This document shows, one piece after another, positions 1 through 11,369 of a stretch of 37,397 nt of DNA. Below the pieces are notes generated by a model. The model saw only the letters and a program-made list of their open reading frames with translations, made no database searches and had not been told where the DNA came from. The first letter of the stretch is position 1, and every line of letters begins with the position of its first letter. A program made the translations under genes and the position numbers. The stretch comes from Octopus sinensis (Eukaryota), in contig NW_021826271.1 of NCBI RefSeq assembly GCF_006345805.1, positions 1 through 37,397 of the forward strand. The letters are read 5' to 3'.

Positions 1-33
1 TACATATATAATACATATATACATATAATATAC

Positions 34-65
<32 letters not shown>

Positions 66-300
66 CATATTATATATATATATAGTATACATATATATTA
101 TATATATAACTTGTTCGAAGTTTATGGATACAGTTTGTGTATCAAATAGCTAACTTAAGGCGATGGCCTCATGGAGCGAAAAGCGGACAGCTTTATTCTT
201 ATTTTTATAAGAATGCATACTAGTATGGCGATAACTATTATTTTCCGGAAACGCTGCCGTTGTTCCTCTTAGAGAGACTTAGTAATTTTAATATTTCTAT

Positions 301-338
<38 letters not shown>

Positions 339-1045
339 TTATCAGATATATGTAAGAAAAAAAAAGGAAAATAGTGGTTGTTGTGTGCAGGCCTTTTTCT
401 TGGTCCCGCTTAAAATCAATATTTTTCATCTGATGTTGGGAACATACATCACTTGTGTTCCAGAGATGGTCATAGACTCTTCAAATTTTCTACATAATGA
501 GTAATGCTACCCCTAGGGGAAGAAAATATCTTTTCATAAGTAAATAACAAATGCCAATGATCGTTGCTTCAAGGGACATTACTCTTGATGATGTAGTTAT
601 GCTACTTTCACTTCATCTTCTATTACAGTTTTTTACAATGTCCATTAATTGCAAACTGCTAATATTTGCACATTAGTACTTCCTTGAGGTAGCCATGCCA
701 TTTAAATCACCTTTAATTATTTTTTAAATGCCTTCAGAAAATTTTTAGTTCAAATGCAGAGCAGGCATTTGAGTGTTTTCAATAAAAATACTGGTTCACC
801 AAAGTTACATTAGTGGATGAAGTAGGCAGAAAATAAAAGACCAGTGTATATGTGTGTGTGTGTGTGTTAGTGAATATGAGCTTAAAATTGAACTGCACTC
901 TTCAAAACTTGCACTAAGAATAAGTACAAGGTAAAATTACTACTTGCTTTTATTGCAAGTTGATGCAGGTAGTTTATCTCGTCCTCCTTCGACTTTTAGT
1001 TCATGCAATTGGAAAAAAATTGCATTATTTATGGGATGACCCAAT

Positions 1046-1193
1046 ATTCTTTCAGTTTCCGTCTACCAAATCCACTCACAAGGATTTGGTCAGCCTGAGG
1101 CTATATTAGAAGACACTTGCTGAAGGTGCTACACAGTGAGACTGAACCTGGAACCATGTGGTTGGTAAGCAAGCTACTTACCACACAGCCACT
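1046..1193 (-). mobile_element. Same SINE family, head portion only
   Basis: 141/146 identical to 2808-2953 by manual comparison. Confidence 0.8.
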
Positions 1194-2447
1194 GTATAGA
1201 GGTGCAGCAATATCAAAGGAAGGCTAACTGAGAAGATAGTTTTTGTGTGTGGCAAATGCTCAGGAGCAATAAACACTGAAAACGTGCAGAGAACAGCTTC
1301 TGTCACATTCCAGGGGAAAACTACAAGCAGCTGATAGCTTCCGTTACCTAGGTGACCAAGTCAGTAGCAGGGGTGGATGCTCTGAAAGTGTAGCTGCTAG
1401 AGTAAGGATAGCCTGGGCAAAGTTCAGAGAGCTCCTACCTCTGATGGTGACAAAGGGCCTCTCGCTCAGAGTAAAAAGTAGACTGTGTGGCACATGTGTG
1501 CAAATAGCTATACTACATGGCAGTGAAACATGGGCCATGACTGCTGAGGGCATGCATAAGTTTGCAAGGAATGAAGCCAGTTTGCTCTGCTGGATGTGTA
1601 ATATCAGTGTGCATTCACGACAGTGTAAGCTCCCTGAGAGAAAAGTTGGACTTAAGAAGCATCAGATGTGGTGTGCAAGAGAGACAACTGTACTGGTGTG
1701 GTCATGTGGTGAGAATGGATGAGGATAGCTGTGTGAAAAAGTGTCACACCCTAGCAGTTGAGGGAACCTACAGAGGAAGGAGACCCAAGAAGACCTGGGA
1801 TAAGGTGGTGAAGTATGACCATCAAATATTGGGCCTCACCGAGGCAATGACAAGTGACTGAGACCTTTGGAGATAAGCTGTGCTTGAGAAAACCTGGCAA
1901 GCCAAGTGAGACCATAACTGTGGCCTATGCCAGTGCTGTATAACCAGCCCATTTAAGAGTACCCTTCAATCATTGGACAATAAACTATGCTTGCAAAGAC
2001 CTGTTGAGGGAAGTGAATTCACTGTCATGGTCAATGACAGTACAACCTGATTGGCACCCGATCCAGTGGAGCATTAATAACACCATTCAAGCGTGATCGT
2101 TGCCAGGGCCGCTGACTGGCTCCCATGCCTGTGACACTTTAAAAAAAGCAACATTCAAGTATGGTTGTTGCCAGTGCCACTGGACTGGCTCCTGTGCATG
2201 TGGTACATAAAAAGCACCATTTGAGCATGGCCAATGCCAGTATCACCTGACTGGCCCTCATGCTGGTGGCACATAAAAGCACCTATACAGTCTAGGAGTG
2301 GTTGGCGTTAGAAAGGGTATCCAGCTGTAGAAACTTTGCCAGATCAGATTGGAGCCTGGTGCAGCCTTTTGGCTCACCACCCTTCAGTCAAACTGTCCAA
2401 CCTATGCCAGCATGGAAAATAGACATTAAACGATGATGATGATGATG
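1194..2447 (+). mobile_element. RTE-clade LINE, 5'-truncated, decayed (RT C-terminus, 3' UTR, (GAT)n tail)
   Basis: Translates across frameshifts (~1318, ~1620) as RCSNIKGRL..FVCGKC..FRYLGD..RIAWAKFREL..LHGSETW..WCGHVVRM..RPKKTW, typical of the RTE/BovB RT C-terminus. Internally repetitive 3' UTR ends in gatgatgatgatg at 2432-2447. Confidence 0.9.
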
Positions 2448-2549
2448 TATGTATATATATGTATATATAAATGTATGTATATATATGTATATATATTTGC
2501 ATATATATATATATGTATATGTTTATGTATATATTTTTTTTTGTTTCAT

Positions 2550-2741
2550 TGTTTCAGTCATTTGACTGTTGCCATGCTGGAGCACCACCTTTAGTCGAGC
2601 AAATCGACCCCAGGACTTATTCTTTGGAAACCTAGTTCTTTTGCTGAGCTGCTAGGTTACAGGGATGTAAACACACCAGCATTGGTTGTCAAATATACAC
2701 ACACACCATACATATTACTTATATATATGTACGTATGTATG

Positions 2742-2793
<52 letters not shown>

Positions 2794-2952
2794 TACGACG
2801 GGTTTCTTTCAGTTTCCGTCAACCAAATCCACTCACAAGGATTTGGTCAGCCTGAGGCTATATTAGAAGATACTTGCCGAAGGTGCTACACAGTGAGACT
2901 GAACCTGGAATCATGTGGTTAGTAAGCAAGCTACTTACCACACAGCCACTGT
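2550..2952 (-). mobile_element. tRNA-derived CORE-type SINE, full length, with internal (TA/CA)n microsatellite
   Basis: Minus strand begins AGTGGCTGTGTGGTAAGTAGC (A-box-like) ... GGTTCAGTCTC (B-box-like) ... CTTCGGCAAGTATCTTC (CORE-like), then a microsatellite, then a conserved tail ending ..GACTGAAAC. The same order recurs at three other sites. Confidence 0.75.
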
Positions 2953-2954
2953 AA

Positions 2955-3178
2955 AGAGCACTGGTGTTGGTGCCACATGAAAAGCATTGTATTGGTGCTA
3001 TGTAAAAAGCACCGTACACTTTATAAAAAAAATTTTGGCTTTAGGAAGGGCATCCAACTGTAGAAACCAAGCCAAAACAGATTATGGAATCTGGTGAAGC
3101 CCTGGCCTTGACAGTTCCTGTCAAGCTGTCTAACTCATACCAGCATGGAAACAGGCATTAAATGATGGTGATGATGAT
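2955..3178 (+). mobile_element. RTE 3'-end derivative (truncated LINE or SINE tail)
   Basis: aaaagcacc..ggaagggcatccaactgtagaaacc..ccagcatggaa..taaatgatggtgatgatg matches 2200-2447. Confidence 0.75.
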
Positions 3179-3502
3179 TATAATTTTTATTATTACTTAG
3201 CACTTGAGCTCAAATTCCCCGAGGTTGACTTTGCCTTTCATCCCTTTGGGATAAAAAAATAAGTAGCAGTCAAATACTGGTGTCAATATAATCAACTCCC
3301 CCTCCCCTTAAAAGCTGCTGGCCCTGTGCCAAAATTTGAAACCATCATCGTCATCATTATTTTCTTATCTATTTCTTTATATAATGGTGTGTTGAATTGT
3401 ATTATTTATATGAAATGATGTATGATTAATGTTTAATAATTTTAATTTTATGTAATTAGTGTTTTTTTTTATTTCTACTTAGTTGTTCTTATTTAATTTC
3501 AG

Positions 3503-4598
3503 ATATAATTACAACCGTGAAGATGAAGAAATTTACAAAGAGTTTCTAGAAATTGATACTGATTTCATTCCGCAAATTGTTAAATCTGTTGACAGACATA
3601 AAAAAGGTAGCATTTTAAGAGATCCAGAATGCTATGCTGATCTGCTGAGATTCTACGATGGTATTTGTGAATGGGAAGAAGGCAGTTCAACTCCAGTCCT
3701 GCATGTTGGCTGGGCAACACACTTAGTATTTTCATTGACTAAATTTGATCCACGAGTTCGACAAAGCATTGATCTGCACATTGAAGACAAAGAAGAAGAA
3801 TTGGAAGCTGAAGATACAATACCGGATGAGATGAAAGAGAATGCTGACAATGAAAACAATATCGAGAAAAATGATGAGACCTCAATTACAGAAAGTTTGA
3901 ACAAAAAATATTCTAAAAAGCGACGCCGCAAATCAGGACAATCACAGAAGTTTGACAACAAAAAACACAATAATAATAACAATGATGAAACTAGTGATCA
4001 GAATAAGATTTTGTTGGGTGTTACAAAGTCTTTTGAAAAGATCAATGGCAAGTCAAGTGAGGACCAAATTAAATGTGCTATAGAAGAATTAGTGTCCAAG
4101 ACTGAAGAAGATGGTCAAGATAATATCCCAAATTCTAATATAACTGCTTTGGCACAGGCATGCGGAGAGTCAATATTGAACCCTGATTATTTGCTTGGCA
4201 GTGGGGAGCCATTTGCTTTAGCTTCGGCTACAGGCGGCGCTACTAATGCAGATACTAAAGTTGATTACGATGAATTTCTCAGTACCAAGTCAAATGGAAC
4301 ACCGTTCTTTGGCATGACAGTGGATTCTCTTCTTAAAGCTGAAAGTCCTGCTGACATGATGATGTGTCGAAAGTCTGCTGATGGGGCAGCAAACTCTTAT
4401 GTGTTGCCAACTGTCTCCCTAGCTTTACGGAGTAAAAAAATGAAAGGTTTGAGGAAAATCTTGCAGTCAGCTAAACTGAATGCGAGTGCTATAAAACTTC
4501 AGCTTACTGCACAATCCCAAGTAGAATTCAGGCATAATAAGCGTGGTCTAGAAGCTGCTGATCAGACTTCAACAAGGAAACGTCTGCGACGAGAGTAA
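3503..4598 (+). CDS. MEN1: Menin, terminal coding exon (phase-2 start; upstream exons outside window)
   Basis: Acceptor ttatttaatttcAG at 3501-3502, then [51 protein letters not shown] and [24 protein letters not shown]. These match human menin motifs ([61 protein letters not shown]). Stop TAA at 4596-4598. The ORF-track start at 3483 is intronic. Confidence 0.97.
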
Positions 4599-5524
4599 CC
4601 AAATTGTTTTAAAACTCTTTTCTTCGATTTTATTTTTGTAAAGAAAATAGGAAAAAAATCTTTTTTGTTTTTATTTTGTTTGTTTGTTTTAAATATTGGA
4701 ATAGTCTCTTAAATCATGTCTTTGTTGAACATATCAGTTGATCTGGTTTCTCTATTCTATTGTATTCATTTATTTGTTCACACACACAAACATGCACATA
4801 ATCACTGCACACACATACACATGCAGCCAAGGTGTAAATTTTTTGTTTTAATGTGTATGTTTACATATACTTCACAGCTTTCAATTTTTTTTTTTAGATT
4901 ATTTATTTATCCTAAAATTTTATTTCTTAAAATGCATTACTCCCGACTATCTCTTGTATACTTTTCACATTTTAGCTGTGAAATGTAATTTCAAAAGAAT
5001 AACATATTGCTATGTTTATGTTTTGAAATTCGGAAATTTATGAATATTTGTTTAAAAGAAAGGAAGAAAAAATTGCAAGGCTCATTAATTAAGAAAATTT
5101 TAGAAAATTGCATGGAAAATATTTTAGACATTGATGAAATATTATATGTATTTTATTCTCTGTAATCTGTTTTTTGTCAATTTTGTTTGCTTTTTCTACA
5201 TTATTGCATTACTGCTATCATCTGTATTCCTTTCATATCTTATCTACAATGAATATAAGCCTTATAGTTTTCCTTTGTTAGGCTTATTTACAAAATATCT
5301 GAGTTGTTATAGAATGCTAGAATTATTAACAAACTTCATCTTCTACAACCTAGTTTTAACTTCTTGTCGATATAATTTCAGGTATATCAATACTTTTAAG
5401 CAAAAGCATTAATTACAGTTTTTTTTTGGGGGGGGGGAGTTATATTATATATCATCTGTTTGTGAAATATGGTATCATTGGTTATCAGTTTCTAACTGGC
5501 CAATTACTACTAGTTCCTGGTACT

Positions 5525-5846
5525 TCTAATCATAACTGGCATCCTGTCAGTTCCAGTTTATCGGATCAACTAAACAGCTTGCTCATGAAATTAATGTGCA
5601 CATGGCTGAGCACTCATCAGACACATGTACCCATAACATAGTTCTCAGGGAGACTCAGCATGACACAGAATATGACAAGGCTGGCCCTTTTGAATGATGG
5701 GTACAACTCATTTTTGCCAGCTGTGTGGACTGGAACAATGTGAAATAAAAAGTGTCTTGCTTTGAGGACACTACACATCGCTGGGAATTGAACTCATGAC
5801 CTTACAAAATATGGTCCAATATCCTAACTACTAAGCCATGCACCTT
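5525..5846 (-). mobile_element. Third tRNA-derived SINE family (partial opposite-strand copy at ~18225-18395)
   Basis: Minus strand starts AGGTGCATGGCTTAGTAGTTAGG (A-box) .. GAGTTCAATTCCC (B-box). The body is repeated in reverse at 18225-18395. Confidence 0.65.
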
Positions 5847-6074
5847 TCTGATCAAGTGGAATAAATACTACAAGGTAACTTTTGTTTGACACACTAATTT
5901 ATTGATAAGCAATACCCCACTATGTATTGTGTGTGTGTGTCTGTGTATATATACATACATACATAATAATAGAGGATAAAACTTTTTTTTTTAAATTTTG
6001 ACAGTGGCCAGCATATAAAATGATACCAATTAAGGTGAAAATTATACACACACACGCACACACAGTGACCAGCT

Positions 6075-6190
6075 TCTACACAGTTTTCACCTACCAAATT
6101 TCTCCCACACAGCAGTAGTTAACTCAAAACTCTGCTAGAAGACACTTGCCCAGGCACAATGGGATCAAACTTAAAATCTCATGACTAATC
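6075..6190 (-). mobile_element. Same SINE family, degenerate head
   Basis: cagttttcacctaccaaatt..tagaagacacttgccc. A further degenerate head lies at ~8905-9060. Confidence 0.55.
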
Positions 6191-7752
6191 TATTCACTAA
6201 AAATATACATATTTATAGCTTTGTTATAAATTAAAATAAATTTAAACAAAAAATAGGGGCTTAACAATGTAGCAACAAATACAAATATGTCCTGTTGTAT
6301 CTGTTGTGAGTATCTAATGATGACAAATTTTGATAGCAGGACACTGAAATACATCCAAACCATGTCAGTATGGAAAAATGTGGATGTAAAATTATGATGA
6401 TCATGAGGAGGATAATTAATTTTCACTCATTGCATCTTGCAGTTGTTTATGTATACTCAACGATAGCATCTCTGTTACAACTGTATGCCAAATGTATATC
6501 ATTATAACTATGAGCCAACCTTATGACCTTTCTGCAGTCACTCACTCTGGTAGAAATAACAACCAACTCTTTCTCATCTTAAATGCAAAAGATATATTGG
6601 AATATGTATACATGGATATGTGTCTAGAAAAAAAAAGGCAGGATATTCATGGTTGGAATGCATTCACCCAAGCATCTGCTTTATAACAGCTGGTCTGTAG
6701 CTAAGCAACAGTTACATCTTTGTAACGATTGTCAATAATCAAGCTTATATTTTCAGTCTTTTAGATCCATGGTTACCAGCATTTTACTACTTCATCTCAC
6801 AATTTAGTGAAAATAAAAATATTTTGATGTGTTTTGTGCATAAAGTCATGAAAGGTATTAAAACAAAAAAATATATTTTAGTCTATAAACATCCATTATG
6901 TACACCACAGAAAGCTATTAAGTACATAACTTCTTTATGAAGGTGCATGATCCAATGGTTAAGATGTTCAGCTGCATACCTTAAGATCATCAGTTCAATT
7001 CCAATACCAGGCTTCACTACTCAACTGTAAGTAAATACCAGTTGGGTGCTGGATGTTCGTCCAGGGTCATGAATGAGGGTTCTGAGAGGGAATCATGTCT
7101 GCTCATGATTTCATAGGTACTTAAATCAATTTGCAAAATCACAGTATTTGTTACCAAACCATACCTGCTCATGGGTAATGGTTTGCTGAACTGTATATCA
7201 CTTCTTTATTCAAAAAGCAAATATTGTTATCCAAATTTTTGTTTTGCATTTGAGTTAGTATTTTTCACACTTACTTCTCTCATATTCAGATTACTTTGTC
7301 AAATGTGGAGCTTATTTATTCACATTGTTTTAAATTTATCATGCATTATCTCATAGCTTCAAGATTTTTATGATGTGATTCTTTATTTTTAAAATGACAT
7401 TGTCGGGTAAGTGAGAAAGGCCTGATCTGGCTGCTCTGAATGTAAAACACGTAGAATATTGGCCAGATATAAGCTTGTTTAAATGGTAAAGGATTAAATA
7501 TAATTTAAGTTTTTCCCCATACACCTAGCTACAGCTTGTGACATGCCAGTGTTTGTGCATCACTGCTTTAACTGAAAGTCCACATCAATTCCTTGATTCC
7601 TAATCACACAGTTTTAATAGGTAAAATATAGAGTATGAATAATGTGGAAATGGCAAAAACAGTTTGCAAAGAATTAAAGATACGTTTCTGTTAATATCAA
7701 TAGAAAAAAAATCTTTTTGTTTTTAATGAAATAATACATACATACATATATG

Positions 7753-7788
<36 letters not shown>

Positions 7789-7867
7789 CATATACATGTG
7801 CATGAATATATTTATGTATACACATGTATGCATTTATCTATATATGTGTGTGTATTCATATATGCAC

Positions 7868-7927
<60 letters not shown>

Positions 7928-8129
7928 GTATGTACACACCCACCCACATGTATAATGTGTGTTTTTCTTTTACTCTTATATTTTCTCTAGTGTCTCATTT
8001 TTGGCATGGTTTCTATGGTTGAAAGCTTTTTCTTATGCCAACCACTTTACAGAGTGTGCTGAGTGTTTTTTCCATGGCACCAGCACTAGTGAGGTTACCC
8101 TGTAGCTTGCAAGACTAAAAAACCTCTTT

Positions 8130-8830
8130 GACTGAGAGGACAATTAGGATATAAGAAGGCTGCTTTATGTGAGGTATTGAGAAGTTGAAGTATGATAGGA
8201 GGATTAGGAATAGGCTTGTTGTTATAGAGGAGATTCATGGTTAATATGCATTTTACATTGGATTGTGGGCTGGTTAGAAGAGAGATAGATGTACCCTCCA
8301 GATAACGTGCTCAAGATGAATGAAAGAGAGAATGAAGATAGGTGAATCAGTAAAGGTGGATATGGTTGCAAGAGTTTGAAAGGAGAATGAGAGGAAAATA
8401 TAAACATAGGATGGAGGTAGTGAGATAATAATAGGTGAACAAGGGTTGGGATGATTTATGGTAAATATGAGTGGGAAGTTGATAAGAATGATCGGTTCAA
8501 TTGAAAGTAGCTCAAGAGAGTGGGTGATGATTGGCAATACAGAAATGGTGATATGAAATGATTTGTAGTGACCGGTTCTGATTTCATTACTTGCATCAGC
8601 AGGATAATAGAGTAGATTGGATAGTAATGGGAAATGAAGGGTGGACTTAAAAGTTTGCAAGCGTGTGGAGTGATTGAGAGATAGATAAAACAAAAGTGTT
8701 TGTGGAATGGTAAATGTGGAGGAGTGTTGATGGTAAGAACAAGATGTTGATGTTATTTGTAAGTGGCTTAGGAGAGAGACTCTGTTGTCTGGGTAGGAGA
8801 TAAAGAGAAAAAGCAGCTATTGTAGAACTT
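8130..8830 (-). mobile_element. Possible highly decayed Penelope-like element (GIY-YIG region)
   Basis: Strongly purine-skewed plus strand. Minus-strand pieces HSTN..IS.SL and GH..FHITISVLP..LELLSIE..LI loosely resemble the Penelope endonuclease. The similarity is weak and judged by eye only. Confidence 0.3.
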
Positions 8831-9302
8831 GTCGAGGTCACTGGTTGAGGGACCCAGTTGTATACATAGTGTGCATATACATGCTTCTACAGCCTCAGTT
8901 TTCTACATAGACATTGTGTGTGTGTGTGTATGTATGTGTATATACCAAATTTCACTCAACCTGAAAGTAATGGTAGAAGAGACTTCTCAAGGTGTCTCAC
9001 AATGGGATTTAACCCAGAATCACGTGGTTGTGAAGCTAAGTTCTGAATCACCAGTTCATGAGTGTCTATATATTTTCTTTCTTTTTTTTCTGCATTTCTG
9101 CCTGCACACCCATTTATAAGTAAACACTATGTTTAATTAATACACATACCAAATTTGTTAAAGATATAAATGAATTGATTTTGTTTTTTTTTTTTAATGA
9201 TTTCATATCTTTGAAATGATTATATAGGTTGAAATTACCTTTGTTTATATTTTCTTTCACATGTTACGCCACTTTTCTCTTTTTACTTTTTATTGTTTTT
9301 TT

Positions 9303-9505
9303 TAAGGTGGTGTGCCAGTAGAATTGTTAGCATGTTTGATAAAATGCTTAATAGCATTTCATCTATCTTTACATTCTGAGTTCAAATTCCACCAAGGCTG
9401 ACTTTGCCTTTCATCCTTTCAAGTTGAGAAATAAGTACCAGTTGAGCACTGGGGTTGATGTAATTAACTTACCCCTTCACCTAAATTTCAGGCCTTGTGC
9501 CAAAA
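9303..9505 (+). mobile_element. Solo copy of the ATT-associated SINE (others at ~3200-3345, 18672-18800, 25290-25500, 29690-29870, 37290-37397)
   Basis: Same A-box/B-box head and GACTTTGCCTTTCATCCTTT core. Confidence 0.75.
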
Positions 9506-9862
9506 TTTTTTTTTTCTCTCTTAATTTTCAAACTAGAAGTAAATTACAATAAATTTCAAGCTTTGTAGAAAAAAAAAACAGCCTAGATCCTTGATCATCT
9601 GACAAGATTTTTTTTTTTAAGAACTGTGTAAACTTATTAAAAATTATCATTTTACCAATCCTTTCTCTCTAGCCAAGCAGCCAGATTTATTTTTTAAAAA
9701 AAGATTTAGACATACCCTAGATAACCAGGATGATCATGATTGGAAAAACATGATTATAAGTTCTGCTTGAAATGAAGGATGACCTGGAGCTAACCACTAA
9801 CCAATATTAACATTACCAATAACAATTATATTGATATGTGATGTGATACCAATATATTAGCA

Positions 9863-10088
9863 TTTAGCCCTTTGCTTGTGAAAAGCACTTTCATAAGTTT
9901 GTTCTAAACACCCTTACTCATTTTCAAACTTTTAGTTAATCCTTATTTCATACATTCTGAGTAATATAAAGATTTCTTTTCATAAGTCCTATATTAATCT
10001 TCTCATTGAAAAACTTGGGAATGTGTATCGTATATGTTGTACGGATGTTAGGGAAATATGTCCTGTGTATCACAGGCAAAGGGTTAAA
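9863..10088. mobile_element. Second piggyBac-type MITE
   Basis: Left tttagccctttgcttgtga versus right tcacaggcaaaagggttaaa (imperfect TIRs with CCC/GGG ends and TTAA-like flanks). The interior is unrelated to the 26098 family. Confidence 0.55.
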
Positions 10089-10949
10089 GAATTTGTATTA
10101 CTGCTACTGTTGTTGTGGTCAGTTGGTTAGCTTTTTTTTTTTTTAATCTTTTGTGGTGATGGTGGTAAGTGTGAGGTGGGTAATAAGTACTATTGTTGCT
10201 CTTGTTTTTGTTATCCTTAGTCCAGTAGCAATTCAGATAAAAATATTCTAGTTCTGAATTAAAAGTGCTTTCTGGAAATGTAATCTAAAAAACCAATCTT
10301 GTTTGAAGTGGCAGTGGTAGTGGTTGACTTGAGCTTTGTACAAGGTACAACCATGTATGCATGTGGAACTAACAAGGCCAACCATTGGGTGTAATGTTCT
10401 TGGGCACTATATACTAAGGGATTCATGGAAAATTATGATTTACTTTTAAAATAAAATGAAATAAAATTGTTACCTTCTACATTTTAAAAATATTCCCCCA
10501 CTTTCACACATTTTAGTATTTACTGATCTCATAATTTTTAAGATCGGTAAACAAGGGGTACTTATATGTCTGTGTATATACATTTTGTGTGTGTATGTGT
10601 GTGTGTATGTATATATATATATCATAAACTTTTTTCCTTTTTCTTTTTTGTTTAACATTATACATACTAATACACAAACACACAGCTTTCTTTTCTTTGT
10701 ACATATGCATATGTGTGTGTGTGTGTGTGTGTATATATATTACAAAGTGACTCAAAGTCTCAGAGTTTTGTGCATGGCACTCTCTGCCCTTGAGTGACTT
10801 TGATGATTAAAAATAAAAAATGTATATGTATAGATGTGTTTGTGTATATATGCATTATATATATATATTTATATGTATTTATGTATGTGTATGTAATATA
10901 ATATCTATATGTATAACATATAAATTTTGTGTGTATGTATGTATGTATG

Positions 10950-10987
<38 letters not shown>

Positions 10988-11307
10988 TATAGGGCATCCG
11001 GCCATAGAAAATCTGCTACAAACTGTGACCCCTGTAAGTATGGAGAAATGAATATTAAATGATAATAATATTTATATATGTGTATGTATGATGAATATAT
11101 ATATATATATTATTAAATATATATTTATATATTAATATATATATATATTAATATATATTTATATATTATATATATATATGTATATATATTTATATATATA
11201 TTAATATATATATTTATATATTAATATATATTAATATATATTAACGGTGGTGCATCAGCATAGCCGCAGTTATGAGCTGGAACTACAGCAATATATATAT
11301 ATATGTA

Positions 11308-11369
<62 letters not shown>

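Noticed and set aside
1-3480. Search for the preceding MEN1 exon (YPY.YL.GY motif)
   Set aside because: Not found in any stretch I examined; presumed upstream of the window.
3653-3982. 109-aa minus-strand ORF
   Set aside because: Antisense to the MEN1 exon, with no independent support.
5770-5846. tRNA-like A/B boxes (also 6940-7010 and other SINE heads)
   Set aside because: No complete cloverleaf could be folded, and each continues into a repeated SINE body.
6443-6740. Plus-strand ORF faintly resembling an integrase zinc-binding region (THSGR..EYVYMDMC..CNDCQ)
   Set aside because: Motif spacing is poor, a frameshift is needed, and no downstream DDE core is seen.
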